Shown here one piece after another: positions 44,202-54,380 of a stretch of DNA of 64,000 nt. Position 1 is the first letter of the stretch; each line of letters opens with the position of its first letter. The notes below the pieces were generated by a model. It was not told the origin of the DNA. It saw only the letters and a list, made by a program, of their open reading frames with translations, and did not search any database. Source of the DNA: Steroidobacteraceae bacterium (lineage in GTDB: Bacteria > Pseudomonadota > Gammaproteobacteria > Steroidobacterales > Steroidobacteraceae); assembly GCA_036268215.1 (NCBI GenBank), contig DATAUO010000093.1, positions 245 through 64,244 of the forward strand. Reading direction: 5' to 3'. The translations under genes were made by a program, and so were the position numbers.

Positions 44202-46388
44202 ATGATGAACCGGACGCGAAATGCGAGCTGCCTCGACGGCAGTGGGGTTGTCCGCGCGACGTTGGCGGGCGTTTGGCTGGCCATGGCGGGCTGGAGCGGG
44301 TCCGCTCTGGCGGACGCCGACTCCCGCTCGGACGCCAAGAAGCCCAAAGCGGACGACGATTTGCAGGAGGTCGTGGTCGTCAGCTACCGGATCACCCGCG
44401 GATCCGTGGGATCGCTGGTCGACGCGCCGGTGATCGACATTCCGAGAAATCTCGACGTCATCACGCCGGAGACGCTGGACGACCAGATGGTCTCGAGCAC
44501 CCTCGACATCCTCAAGAACTGGGCCGGCGTGCAGCGCGGCGAGGCGACGCCCGGCGGCGAGCATCCGGTGGTCCGCGGCATGACGGCCTATCAGTTCCTC
44601 GAAGGCTCCTTCTCGGGGGGTGCCATCTGGGACGCGGCGGAATTCCTCGGCTCGGCGGAATTGATGACCGGTCCGGACTCGGTTCAGTACGGCTTCCTGG
44701 TGCAGGGCGGCGGCGCCATCAATTACCGGTTGAAGCGTCCCGAGGCGGATGAATTTCTCGATGTCACGGCTCAGGGCAACAATTGGGGCACGAACAAGTA
44801 CGAAATCGACGGCAACAAGCCGTTCGACGACGGGTACGCCGGCGATGGGCTGCGCCTCATCGGCGTGCACGAGTCGATCCAGGATTATCGCAAGGGAACC
44901 GATCCCGGCCAGCGCAACAGCATCGGCGCCATGTTGACCTACAGCGGCCTGCTCGGAATCAAGATGGAGCTGGATGCCGAGCTGCTGCGCCGCGATGCGC
45001 CGGCACCCGAGATCATCCAGTTCTCGGCGAATCCGACCGCGCCTCTGCCGAACATCAATCCGCGCGACTCCACCGAGCAGCCGTGGGAGCGAATCGACCG
45101 GGACGGCTACCACCTCGGGGCGAAGCTGTCGCGCGACCTGGTGGGCACCTGGCGGGCGGTGGCGTACCTGGCGGACGAGTCGGAACGGGTCATCAACAAG
45201 TCCTGCACGCTGTTCGATCCCAACGTGGTCACGGGCGAAGGCGCCTTCGGCTGCAATACGTTCGGCTTCGAGACCTATTCCAATCGCTCGCTGCGGTTGG
45301 ACCTCCTCGGCAGCTTCGAGACCTTCGGCATCAAGCACAATGTGACCGTCGGCGCCGCGCAGCTGCGCCAGTTCATCGAGCTGCCGCCGACCTTCGACAC
45401 CTATGGCGCCGCTCCCTACACGGCCAACAACCTGTATGACCCGCGGTACTATCCGGAGCCGTTCACCGCGACCTCGCAATCGATATTCAATCAATACCGC
45501 GAGACGCAGTGGTGGACCCAGGAGTATTTCCAGGACCGCATCCAGTTCGATCCGCACTGGGATCTGTGGCTGGGCTTGAACGAGGGCAACAACAAGGTGG
45601 TGCTCTACCAGGTGCAGCAGCTGCTGGCGGAGACCAAGGCGAACGGCCTGTCGCCGAGCTTCTCCCTGTCGTACTCGCCGAAGGACAAGCTGCGGCTCTA
45701 CGTGACCTATGCCGATGCGGTCAGTCCGGGCGGCCAGGCGCCCATCAGCCCGCAGTACGTGAATTCCGGCGAGCGCTTCGGCCCCATGCGCCTGAAGTCC
45801 TACGAGGCTGGCGTCAAATGGCAGGTGGCGGACATCTCCGAGCTGAACATGAACCTGTTCAGGGCGGACCAGCCGCTGGCCTACGTGCAGGTGCTGGCGC
45901 CGAACGAGTTCGTCTACAACGAGAAGGGCCTGTCCCGCTATACCGGCGTGGAATTCACGTCGGTGAGCAAGTTCCCGTTCGGCCTGACCTTGAACGCCAA
46001 CGTCACGCTCTTGAAGCCGCTGCAGGTGGACACGGGCACGCCCGACATCAACAATAAGTACGTCCCGGGCGTCTCGCGCGAAAGCGCGTCGTTCTATGCG
46101 GAGTACAAGCTGCCGATGGTCCCGAACCTCGGTCTCACCGGCCTCGTCACCTACAACAGCTCGACGCCGCTGCTGGCGACGAACGGCTACAACGTGCCCG
46201 GGCATACCCTGGCCGACCTGGGAGCGTTCTACTCCCATCCCCTGGGCGACGTTCCTCTGACGTTTAGAATGATCCTCCAGAATGCATTCGACACGCGCTA
46301 TTACTCGCCGTACTACAGCACCATGACCACGGGAGCGCCGAGAACGCTAGAGGCATCGGTCACGGCGCGATTCGGCGGCCACAATTGA
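44202..46388 (+). CDS. TonB-dependent receptor (carbohydrate locus)
   Basis: The signal peptide is 'LAGVWLAMAGWSGSALA'. Plug motifs are 'LQEVVVVS', 'LDVITPETLDDQ' and 'VVRGM'. The C-terminal barrel ends '..TLEASVTARF' plus a short tail. Confidence 0.9.
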   Translation: MMNRTRNASCLDGSGVVRATLAGVWLAMAGWSGSALADADSRSDAKKPKADDDLQEVVVVSYRITRGSVGSLVDAPVIDIPRNLDVITPETLDDQMVSSTLDILKNWAGVQRGEATPGGEHPVVRGMTAYQFLEGSFSGGAIWDAAEFLGSAELMTGPDSVQYGFLVQGGGAINYRLKRPEADEFLDVTAQGNNWGTNKYEIDGNKPFDDGYAGDGLRLIGVHESIQDYRKGTDPGQRNSIGAMLTYSGLLGIKMELDAELLRRDAPAPEIIQFSANPTAPLPNINPRDSTEQPWERIDRDGYHLGAKLSRDLVGTWRAVAYLADESERVINKSCTLFDPNVVTGEGAFGCNTFGFETYSNRSLRLDLLGSFETFGIKHNVTVGAAQLRQFIELPPTFDTYGAAPYTANNLYDPRYYPEPFTATSQSIFNQYRETQWWTQEYFQDRIQFDPHWDLWLGLNEGNNKVVLYQVQQLLAETKANGLSPSFSLSYSPKDKLRLYVTYADAVSPGGQAPISPQYVNSGERFGPMRLKSYEAGVKWQVADISELNMNLFRADQPLAYVQVLAPNEFVYNEKGLSRYTGVEFTSVSKFPFGLTLNANVTLLKPLQVDTGTPDINNKYVPGVSRESASFYAEYKLPMVPNLGLTGLVTYNSSTPLLATNGYNVPGHTLADLGAFYSHPLGDVPLTFRMILQNAFDTRYYSPYYSTMTTGAPRTLEASVTARFGGHN

Positions 46389-46404
46389 TCGAATCGCGAA
46401 GCGC

Positions 46405-47184
46405 ATGAAAGATCCAAGATGTGCGATGGTCACGGGCGCCGCGGCCGGTCTCGGCCGCGAGCTCTCGGCCGCGCTCGCGAAGCGCGGGCTGTCGGTGGTG
46501 CTCGTCGACATCGACGCGGCCGGCCTCGACAGCGCGAACCGCGAGTGCGGGACGCACACGAAGGAGCTCTTGTCGATCGCGGCGGACCTGACCGCGACCG
46601 GCAGCGCCGCGCGCATCGCCGCGGATGCCATCCGGCGATTCGGCCGGATCGACATCCTGGTGAACTGCGCCGCGATCGGCGAGGCCGAGGCGTTCAACAG
46701 CATGACCGAGTCTCTCTGGCAGAGAACGTTCGCGGTGAACGTGACGGGTCTCGTGGCGCTGACGCGCGAGGTCGCGAGCGAGATGATCAAGCGTGAGACC
46801 AAGGGGCGGATCGTCAACATCACCTCGCCGGGATCGCGCATGGCGCTTCCCAACTATGCCGCCTACGCGGCGAGCAAGGCGGCGGTCGATTCCTTCACCC
46901 GTACCGCGTCGATCGCGCTGGCGCGGCACGGCATCAAGGTGAACAGCGTCGCGCCCGGCATGATGGACACGGCGATGCAGCGCACGGTCGAGGCGGAGAT
47001 GGCCCGGGTCGAGGGCCGGGCGGACCTGGAGACCTTCCTGCAGGAGCGCACCAACCGCGTTCCGCTCGGCCGGCGCGCCGAGGTTTCCGAGGTGGTCGAC
47101 AGCATTCTGTGGCTGGTCCTGGATGCCCCGGACTACGTGACCTGCGCGCGCCTCAACGTCAGCGGCGGACTGGACAAGGATTGA
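46405..47184 (+). CDS. SDR family oxidoreductase
   Basis: Motifs are 'AMVTGAAAGLGRELSAALAKRG', 'NCAA' and 'YAASKAAV'. Confidence 0.9.
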   Translation: MKDPRCAMVTGAAAGLGRELSAALAKRGLSVVLVDIDAAGLDSANRECGTHTKELLSIAADLTATGSAARIAADAIRRFGRIDILVNCAAIGEAEAFNSMTESLWQRTFAVNVTGLVALTREVASEMIKRETKGRIVNITSPGSRMALPNYAAYAASKAAVDSFTRTASIALARHGIKVNSVAPGMMDTAMQRTVEAEMARVEGRADLETFLQERTNRVPLGRRAEVSEVVDSILWLVLDAPDYVTCARLNVSGGLDKD

Positions 47185-47216
47185 GCAGCAGGAACCAGCC
47201 AGCGGATCACGCACGC

Positions 47217-48086
47217 ATGAACGATTCCAGCCACACCGAGCCGGCCACCGCCGCGGAGCTCTCCGAGCTCCGGAGCCGCGCGACGCGCCTTCGCAGACAC
47301 ATGCTGACCATGGCCTCCGGGCGGGGACAAGGGTATCTCGGCCAGGGGCTCGGCATCGCCGATCTGATGGCGGCCCTGTATTTCCATGAGATGAAGTACG
47401 ACCCGCAGAACCCCAAGGCGCCGGGCCGCGACCGCTTCGTCATGTCGACCGGACACTATTCGATCGCACTCTGGGCCGCGCTGGTGGAAGCCGGCACCCT
47501 GCCGGCCGCCGAGCTCTCGACCTATGGGGCGGACGACAGCCGCCTGGAGATGAGCACCCTCGACACCACGCCCGGCGTGGAGATCATCGGCGGGTCGCTC
47601 GGACACGGCCTCGGGCAGGCCGCCGGCATCGCGCTGGCCCTGAAGACGCAGGGCTCATCGGCGCGAGTCTTCGTCGAGCTGTCGGACGGCGAGATGCAGG
47701 AGGGCTCGACCTGGGAAGCGGCCATGGCGATCTCGCACTTCGGTCTCGACAACCTGGTCGCCCTGGTGGACTGCAACGGCATCCAAGCCGACGGCCCCAT
47801 CGTGATGCGCGTGGAGCCCGTCGCGGACAAATGGCGGGCCTTCGGTTGGGAGGCGCGCGACATCGACGGCAACGACATCGCGGCCATCGTCGACAGCCTG
47901 CACTGGGGGCGGGCGACGGCGGGCGTTCCGCACGTGATCGTCCTGCGCACCACGCCCGGCAAGGGGATTCCGACGCTCGAGCGGCGCGAGAAGGCGCACT
48001 TCGTGCGCATCGAGTCTTCCGACTGGGCTCAGTTCGAGAGGGAGTTCGAGGCACTGAGCAAGGCACCGGGCGGGGACGCGCGATGA
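47217..48086 (+). CDS. Transketolase, N-terminal (TPP-binding) subunit of a split enzyme
   Basis: ORF 47109-48086 was trimmed to ATG 47217. Motifs are 'GYLGQGLGIADLMAALYF', 'STGHYSIALWAAL', and 'ELSDGEMQEGSTWEAAM' (GDG-x-EG-type TPP motif). Confidence 0.9.
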   Translation: MNDSSHTEPATAAELSELRSRATRLRRHMLTMASGRGQGYLGQGLGIADLMAALYFHEMKYDPQNPKAPGRDRFVMSTGHYSIALWAALVEAGTLPAAELSTYGADDSRLEMSTLDTTPGVEIIGGSLGHGLGQAAGIALALKTQGSSARVFVELSDGEMQEGSTWEAAMAISHFGLDNLVALVDCNGIQADGPIVMRVEPVADKWRAFGWEARDIDGNDIAAIVDSLHWGRATAGVPHVIVLRTTPGKGIPTLERREKAHFVRIESSDWAQFEREFEALSKAPGGDAR

Positions 48087-48139
48087 GCCGCGCCATGATT
48101 GCACCGGGGACGCGCGATGAGTGATGCCATGATCGCCCC
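48072..48139. repeat. 34-bp tandem duplication across the transketolase subunit junction
   Basis: Copy A is 48072-48105 and copy B is 48106-48139, with 28 of 34 positions identical. Both contain GGGGACGCGCGATGAG and GCCATGAT. Confidence 0.8.
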
Positions 48140-49070
48140 GACCCCTCGCGCCGTGATCGATGCGCCGTTCGGGCACGCGCTGGTCGCGCTCGGCACGCGC
48201 CGTCCCGACGTGGTGGCTCTGTCGGCGGATCTGTCCAAGTACACGGATCTCATTCCCTTCATCAAGGCGTTTCCCAAGCGGTTCTTCAACGTGGGGATGG
48301 CGGAGCAGAATCTCTTCGCCATGTCGGCCGGCATGGCGCGGACCGGCTTGCTGCCGTTCTGCACCACCTACGGGGTCTTCGCGACGCGCCGCGCCTATGA
48401 CTTCATGGCGATCGGCTGCGCGCATTCGCGTCTGCCCGTCAAGATATTCGCGGGCCTGCCGGGCCTCACCACCGGCTACGGCGGCACGCATCAGGCGACC
48501 GAGGACACGGGGCTCGCGCGCCTGGTGCCCGACCTGGTGGTGATCGATCCTTGCGATGCCACCGAGATCGCGCAGGTGGTGGAGGCCGTGGCCGAGTATC
48601 CGGGTCCGGTCTACGTGCGTTTGCTGCGCGCCGGCGTGCCGGCCGTGCTCGATCCCGCGGGCTATCGATTCGTCATCGGCAAGGCGACGGTGCTGAAGCA
48701 AGGCGGCGACCTCGGCTTCATATCGACGGGCTTCATGACGGAGCGCGCCCTGGACGCGTGCGCCGAGCTGGCAAGGGCCGGCACCGCCGCCGGAGTGCTG
48801 CACGTGCCGACGCTGAAACCGTTGGATACGGAAGCGATCGCGCGGTTCGCCGCGGGGGTGCGGCATGTGCTGGTCGCCGAGAACCACGTCTCCTCGGGCG
48901 GATTGGCGAGCCAGGTCGCGGAGGTGCTGCACGGCGCGGGCGTCGGCACGCCCATCACGAGAATCGGGCTGCCGGATCGCTTCATCGAGTGCGGTTCCGT
49001 GCCGACTCTGCAGCAGCGCTACGGCCTGACCGTGGATCGCATGGTCGCCGCCGCGCAGACCGCCTATTGA
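48117..49070 (+). CDS. Transketolase, C-terminal (pyrimidine-binding) subunit
   Basis: ATG 48117 lies within ORF 48099-49070. Motifs are 'FGHALVALG', 'VVALSADLSKYT', 'FNVGMAEQNLFAMSAGMA', and 'PVKIFAGLPGLTTGYGGTHQATED'. Confidence 0.9.
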   Translation: MSDAMIAPTPRAVIDAPFGHALVALGTRRPDVVALSADLSKYTDLIPFIKAFPKRFFNVGMAEQNLFAMSAGMARTGLLPFCTTYGVFATRRAYDFMAIGCAHSRLPVKIFAGLPGLTTGYGGTHQATEDTGLARLVPDLVVIDPCDATEIAQVVEAVAEYPGPVYVRLLRAGVPAVLDPAGYRFVIGKATVLKQGGDLGFISTGFMTERALDACAELARAGTAAGVLHVPTLKPLDTEAIARFAAGVRHVLVAENHVSSGGLASQVAEVLHGAGVGTPITRIGLPDRFIECGSVPTLQQRYGLTVDRMVAAAQTAY

Positions 49071-49087
49071 GCCAGGCGCCGTCCACG

Positions 49088-51211
49088 ATGCGGCAACTCC
49101 TCGCGTGCGCCGTGCTGCTCATGCCGATGGCCGCGATCTCGCGGGCCGCGCCGGCGCCGACCGAATGGACGCTGGCCTCGAAGGACACCGAGATACGGAT
49201 CGGAATCCGCAACGGCGCCGATGCGATTCTGTCGCTGCACACCGCGTCCTCGCCGTGGGAATGGGTGCGCACACCGAACGCCCAGGCGCTGCCTGCATCC
49301 GTGGTGCAGGGCGGCGCGACGCTGCGCTTGAGCTGGGTGTTTTCGGGCGCACGGCAATCGCCCGACCATCGTGAGCTGACGCTGACCTTTCGCAACGTCT
49401 CGCCGGCGCTCGCGCTCACCTCGTACTGGAAGGCATCGGCGGGTCTCGGGCCCATCGAGCACTGGGCGGTGCTCAAGAACGGCTCCGGCGAGCGGCTGAC
49501 GATCGGTGCTCCGACGAGCTTGAGCCTGCCGTCGCTGTCGCTGCCGCAAGGCCATTACGTCGAGTCGACCCAGGTGCGCCGCGGAGGCTCGAACGCGCAG
49601 GTCTCGGGCGGCGTGCTCACGCGGCCGGTCGGCCAGTACTGGAGCGTGTCGGTCCCGAGCCGGCCGTCTGACGGCGGCAGCAGCAGCGGCCCGCTGGACT
49701 ACGCCTCGCAGGTGCCCTTCCTGAGCCTGCAGGTCGATGACGCGCACGGGCTCTATGTGGGCTGGAAGTTCTCGGCGGTCGGCGAGATCGCGGGGTCCTG
49801 CGACGGCACGACCGTCAAGCTCACCGTCGGGCTGGCGCCGGACTTCAAGACCGATGTGCTCGCGGGCGAGGAGCTGCTCATCCCCGCGGGATTCATCGGA
49901 ACCTACCGCGGAGATCAGGCCGCGGGAGCGTATTCGATGTATCGGTACGTGCAGGACTCGCTGCTCCCGAAGCGCCCGGCCGACGAGCCTTACCCGTCGC
50001 TGATCTACGGCTACTACTTCGACGGCACCAAGCCCGGCACCCAGACCGAGTCGGATGTGCTCGCGAGCGCGCGGCTGGCGCACGAGCTCGGATTCGAGAC
50101 CTTCCTCGCCGACGCGATGTGGTTTCCCGACACCGGCGACTGGCGCTGGGATCCGAAGCGGTTTCCCAACGGATCGAAGCCGCTCGCGGACTACCTGCAT
50201 GCGAACGGCATGAAGCTCGCGCTGTGGATGGGATGGACCATGGCGGCGGACTCCGAGGCGCCGGGCACCCTCAACTTCAAGGAGCATCCGGACTGGTTCA
50301 CGCGGCCGCCGACCTACGACAAGGAGGGCGGCATCAACTGGGACGCGCAGATCGACGTGGGCAACGACGATGCGCGGCGCTGGGTGGAGAACGCGACACA
50401 GCGCGTGGTGGCCGAGAATCGGGTCGATTATCTCAAGACCGACTACAGCCCGATCGCCGTCACTTCCATGGCGCGGCACTCGCACGGCGACAGCCGCACC
50501 GATACCAGCTACTGGTCGACGCTCGGCTATTACCGCATCCAGGAACGGCTGATGGAGCGATTCCCGGACCTCCGGCTCGAGAGCTGCTCGGGGGGAGGCA
50601 CGATCAAGGATTTCGGCGACATCGAGCATGCCCACTATCTCGTGGGCACGGACACGTTGTCCGCCCTGGCCGACCGGCAATCGATCTACGACTCGAGCTA
50701 CGTATTTCCGCCGGGCTCGATGATCCTCTATACCTACGACCGGGTGTATTCGGACGTCTCGGATGCGCCGGAGCCCTATCTCTGGCGCTCGGCCATGATG
50801 GGCGCCTGGGACCTGGCGCTCACCGACAGCGCGAAGCTCACCCTCGAGCAGAAGCAGCGCATCCGGCACGCGAGCGACATCTACAAGAGCTGGATCAGGC
50901 CCATTCTCGCGGACGCCCATGTCCAGCGCATCCTGCCTCGCCCGGACGGCACGCACTGGGACGGATTGTTCTACTGGAATGCGGCCATCGGGAAGGGCAC
51001 CGCGTACGTGTTCCGTCCCAACAGCGAGATCGCGCACCAAGCGGTGCTGCTCGCGGGCTTGGACCCGGACAAGTCCTACCGGATCCGGACGGAGGATGGA
51101 TCGGTGGCCGAGGGCAGCCGGAAGGGACGGGCGCTCATGACCGACGGACTGGACATCCGGTTGCCGGGGCGATTCACCAGCGATCTGATCTACGTGGAGG
51201 AGGCGAAGTGA
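49088..51211 (+). CDS. GH36-like (clan GH-D) glycoside hydrolase, Sec-exported
   Basis: ORF 48551-51211 was trimmed to ATG 49088. The leader is 'LLACAVLLMPMAAISRAAP'. It has 'VDYLKTDYSP' (KxD nucleophile motif) and 'LESCSGGGTIKDFG' (CxGGG motif), both typical of alpha-galactosidase-type GH36. Confidence 0.8.
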   Translation: MRQLLACAVLLMPMAAISRAAPAPTEWTLASKDTEIRIGIRNGADAILSLHTASSPWEWVRTPNAQALPASVVQGGATLRLSWVFSGARQSPDHRELTLTFRNVSPALALTSYWKASAGLGPIEHWAVLKNGSGERLTIGAPTSLSLPSLSLPQGHYVESTQVRRGGSNAQVSGGVLTRPVGQYWSVSVPSRPSDGGSSSGPLDYASQVPFLSLQVDDAHGLYVGWKFSAVGEIAGSCDGTTVKLTVGLAPDFKTDVLAGEELLIPAGFIGTYRGDQAAGAYSMYRYVQDSLLPKRPADEPYPSLIYGYYFDGTKPGTQTESDVLASARLAHELGFETFLADAMWFPDTGDWRWDPKRFPNGSKPLADYLHANGMKLALWMGWTMAADSEAPGTLNFKEHPDWFTRPPTYDKEGGINWDAQIDVGNDDARRWVENATQRVVAENRVDYLKTDYSPIAVTSMARHSHGDSRTDTSYWSTLGYYRIQERLMERFPDLRLESCSGGGTIKDFGDIEHAHYLVGTDTLSALADRQSIYDSSYVFPPGSMILYTYDRVYSDVSDAPEPYLWRSAMMGAWDLALTDSAKLTLEQKQRIRHASDIYKSWIRPILADAHVQRILPRPDGTHWDGLFYWNAAIGKGTAYVFRPNSEIAHQAVLLAGLDPDKSYRIRTEDGSVAEGSRKGRALMTDGLDIRLPGRFTSDLIYVEEAK

Positions 51212-51213
51212 CG

Positions 51214-52245
51214 CTAGGTCGTCTCGCGCTCGACGATGACGAAGGGCATCGCCACCCGCCGCGGAAGGCCCGGCTCGCCGGCGATGCGGCGCGCGAGGAC
51301 CTCGATGGCCTTGCGGCCCATCTGGTAGCGCGGCACGCGCACGGTGGTGAGGCGCGGGAACAGCTGTCCCGCGAGCTCGGTGTCCCCGTAGCCGGCGATC
51401 GCGATGTCCTGGGGGATCTTCCAGCCGCGGCGGTGGCATTCCTGCACGCCGCCGATGGCGAGCACGTCGCTCGAGAAGAACACCGCGTCGATGTTCGGGT
51501 CGCGCAGCTTGAGGATGTTCAGCGCCTCCGATCCGCCCGCGGAGGTGATCGGCATCTCGATCTCCAGCCGCTCGGCCACGGGCATGTTCCTGCTCTCGAG
51601 CGCCTTGCGATAGCCGATGCGCCGCTGCTGCAAGCGATCGTTGCCGTGAATCGGCGTCGAGACGAAGGCGATGCGCTTGTAGCCGATCTCGGCCAATCGG
51701 GTGGTCATGCCGAATGCGGTGTCGAAATTCGACACGCCCACCGCGATGTCGACGGGCTCGCGGCCCGAGATCTCGCTGATCTCGATGAGCGGCACGCCGT
51801 TGGCGCGCAGGAGCGACACCGCGCGCGGGCTCTGCACGAAAGCCTGGAGAACGAGGCCGGCAGGCCGCCATCCGAGCAGCGTGCGGATCGCGCGCTCCTC
51901 CGCATCGACGGTGAAGTCGCCCTGGATGAGGAGGAGCTGCAGGTTGCGCTCCTGGCATGCCTCCGACATTCCCTGGACCTGCTCCGCGATCCCCGAGTTG
52001 ATCAGCGGCGGTACAATCGTTCCGACCAGCGTGCGGCTGCTGCGCATCGACGAGGCGATCTGGTCGGGGACGAAACCGACTCCTTCCGCGACCTTCATGA
52101 TGCGCGCGAGCGTGGCGGGCGCGAGCTTGCCGGGATTGCGGAAGGCTCGCGATACGGTGATCGGAGACAATCCGGCTGCCTTGGCGATCGTCCTGACGTT
52201 GTGGGGCGCGTCGGCGGAACGTCTTCGTTTCTTCTTGGCGGCCAT
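51214..52245 (-). CDS. LacI family transcriptional regulator
   Basis: ORF 51214-53373 was trimmed to ATG 52243-52245. The HTH is 'VRTIAKAAGLSPITVSRAFRNPGKLAPATLARIMKVAEGVGFVPDQIASSM', followed by a periplasmic-binding-protein-like sugar-binding core. Confidence 0.9.
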   Translation of the reverse strand: MAAKKKRRRSADAPHNVRTIAKAAGLSPITVSRAFRNPGKLAPATLARIMKVAEGVGFVPDQIASSMRSSRTLVGTIVPPLINSGIAEQVQGMSEACQERNLQLLLIQGDFTVDAEERAIRTLLGWRPAGLVLQAFVQSPRAVSLLRANGVPLIEISEISGREPVDIAVGVSNFDTAFGMTTRLAEIGYKRIAFVSTPIHGNDRLQQRRIGYRKALESRNMPVAERLEIEMPITSAGGSEALNILKLRDPNIDAVFFSSDVLAIGGVQECHRRGWKIPQDIAIAGYGDTELAGQLFPRLTTVRVPRYQMGRKAIEVLARRIAGEPGLPRRVAMPFVIVERETT

Positions 52246-52296
52246 TACGCCCGATTCTAGATGGAACCGCCTAACCTTGCGAATGAGACAGATTCC

Positions 52297-53493
52297 ATGA
52301 GCACGATCGAAGCCATCGAGACCGTACGCTACCAGGCTCAGCCCAACATCCTGTGGGTTCGAGTCCACGCCGACAACGGCATGGTGGGTCTCGGCGAGAC
52401 GTTCTATCTGCCCGGCGCCGTGGAGGCGGTCGTTCACGACATGATCGCCGATTTCTCGCTCGGTCAGCCGGTCTTCAATACCGAGCACCTGTGGGACACG
52501 GTGTTCAGCTGGGCGAATTTCTACGGATATGCGGGCGCGGAGATGCGCGCGATGTCCGCGTTCGACATCGCGCTCTGGGATCTCAAGGGGCAGCTGACCG
52601 GGCGGCCGATCTACGACCTCCTGGGCGGAGAGTGCCGCGCGGATATCCCGGTCTACAACACCTGCGTCGATGCGGGACAGTACCGCGACCAGCATGCCTT
52701 CCTGCACGATCCGGGCGGGCTCGCCAGGAGCCTGCTCGCCGAGGGCATCACCGCGCTGAAGATGTGGCCGTGGGACCGCTATGCGCCGAAGTTCCGCACC
52801 GGCACGCATACGGGACCGGCGGGATGGCTCTCGACCGGCCACTCGGGTCCCTACCTCTCCGAGCGCGATCTGCAGGGAGGGCTGGAGTGCGTCAAGCGGA
52901 TCCGCGACGCCGTCGGCGACGAGATGGAGATCATGATCGAGGGCCACAGCCGCTGGGATCTCAACAATGCCATCCGCATCGGCCGGGCGCTCGAGCCCTA
53001 CCGCGTCATGTGGATGGAGGACATGATCAAGCCGGACAGCGCCCAGGATCTGAAGCGCCTGTCGCAGGAGACGCGCGTGCCCCACAGCATCAGCGAGCGG
53101 CTGATGACGCGCTACGCCTTCCGCGAGGTGCTGGAGTGCGGCGCCGCGCACGTGGTGATGCCGGATCTCATCTGGACCGGCGGTCTCACCGAGGGCAAGA
53201 AGATCGCGATCATGGCGGACGCCTATCACCTGTCGATCGCACCTCACGACTGCACGGGCCTGGTCGCGCTGTACTCGAACCTGCATCTGTGCGCGGCGAG
53301 CATGAATGCCATGATCCTGGAATGCGTGCGCGGCTTCTATCGCGACGGCTGGTATGGCGACGTGTACACGCACAACATCGACATCGAAGCGGGGCGCGCG
53401 AAGGTTCCACGGCGTCCGGGGCTGGGCACGGCGCTCAAGGGCGAGCTGCTGGCGAGCTCCCAGGTTCGAACGCGCATCAGCCGCAAGGAATGA
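52297..53493 (+). CDS. Enolase-superfamily dehydratase (mandelate racemase/muconate lactonizing family; sugar-acid dehydratase type)
   Basis: ATG 52297. Motifs are 'ILWVRVHADNGMVGLGET', 'SAFDIALWDLKGQLTGRPIYDLLGG', 'EIMIEGHSRW', 'VMWMEDM', 'ISERL' and 'APHDCTG'. Confidence 0.9.
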   Translation: MSTIEAIETVRYQAQPNILWVRVHADNGMVGLGETFYLPGAVEAVVHDMIADFSLGQPVFNTEHLWDTVFSWANFYGYAGAEMRAMSAFDIALWDLKGQLTGRPIYDLLGGECRADIPVYNTCVDAGQYRDQHAFLHDPGGLARSLLAEGITALKMWPWDRYAPKFRTGTHTGPAGWLSTGHSGPYLSERDLQGGLECVKRIRDAVGDEMEIMIEGHSRWDLNNAIRIGRALEPYRVMWMEDMIKPDSAQDLKRLSQETRVPHSISERLMTRYAFREVLECGAAHVVMPDLIWTGGLTEGKKIAIMADAYHLSIAPHDCTGLVALYSNLHLCAASMNAMILECVRGFYRDGWYGDVYTHNIDIEAGRAKVPRRPGLGTALKGELLASSQVRTRISRKE

Positions 53494-54380
53494 AGCCCGT
53501 GCAGCCCGAGAACGTCGTCAGCGTCGGCAACGTCATCGGCGAAGGCCCGCGTTGGAACGCGGCGGAGCAAAGGCTCTACTGGGTGGATTTCATCGAGAAC
53601 CAGAACATCCACACCTGGGATCCCGCGTCGCGCGAGCTGCGGACTCATCGCACCGAGGCGCCGGTGTCGGCCCTCGGGTTCCGACGCGCGGGGGGCCTCA
53701 TCGTAGCCACCGGGGGGAATATCGCGGAGTGCGACCTCAGGACCGGAAGCTTGAGGCTGCTGGCGAGCGTGGACGAACGGCCGCTGATGCGGCTCAACGA
53801 CGGCGCGGTCGACGCGGAGGGCCGGTTCTGGGTGGGCAGCATGCATACGCAGCAGCAGGACCAGCCGCACGGATCGCTGCATCGCTATGACCCCGACGGC
53901 TCGGTGCACACCATGGACAGCGGCATCACCGTGTCCAACGGGCTCGGCTGGTCGCCGGATCAACGCACGCTCTATTTCGTCGACACCTTCCGGCGCGCGG
54001 TCTACGCCTACGACTATTCGCGTGCGACGGGCTCGATCGGCAAGCGCCGCGTGTTCGTGCGAACGCTGGAAGCGGACGGCTATCCGGACGGCATGGCGGT
54101 GGACGCGGAAGGACACGTGCTGGTGGCCTTCTGGGGCGGATGGAAGGTGGCCCGCTACGCGCCCGACGGCGCGCTGGAGCGGGAGATCCGCTTTCCCGTC
54201 GCGAATCCCACCGCGTGCGCGTTCGGCGGTCCCGGTCTCGACGAGCTGTACGTGACGTCGGCGAAGCTCGCGCTGGCGGCGGATCAGCTCGCCGCGCAGC
54301 CGATGGCAGGCGACTTGTTCCGGGTGCGGCTGGGGATCCGCGGGCAGCCCGAGCCCTATTTCGGCCCGACTAGCGGCTAA
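53490..54380 (+). CDS. SMP-30/gluconolactonase/LRE family lactonase
   Basis: ATG 53490 overlaps the dehydratase stop (ATGA). Motifs are 'GEGPRWNAAEQRLYWVD', 'NDGAVDAEGRFWVG', 'SNGLGWSPDQRTLYFVD', 'PDGMAVDAEGHVLVA' and 'FGGPGLDELYVTSA'. Confidence 0.9.
   Translation: MKPVQPENVVSVGNVIGEGPRWNAAEQRLYWVDFIENQNIHTWDPASRELRTHRTEAPVSALGFRRAGGLIVATGGNIAECDLRTGSLRLLASVDERPLMRLNDGAVDAEGRFWVGSMHTQQQDQPHGSLHRYDPDGSVHTMDSGITVSNGLGWSPDQRTLYFVDTFRRAVYAYDYSRATGSIGKRRVFVRTLEADGYPDGMAVDAEGHVLVAFWGGWKVARYAPDGALEREIRFPVANPTACAFGGPGLDELYVTSAKLALAADQLAAQPMAGDLFRVRLGIRGQPEPYFGPTSG

Noticed and set aside
52246-52296. A fourth LacI operator between the LacI gene and the dehydratase gene ('ATGGAACCGCCTAACCTT').
   Set aside because: It matches only about half of the 17-mer and lacks the central CG-symmetric core. 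It is too weak to call.
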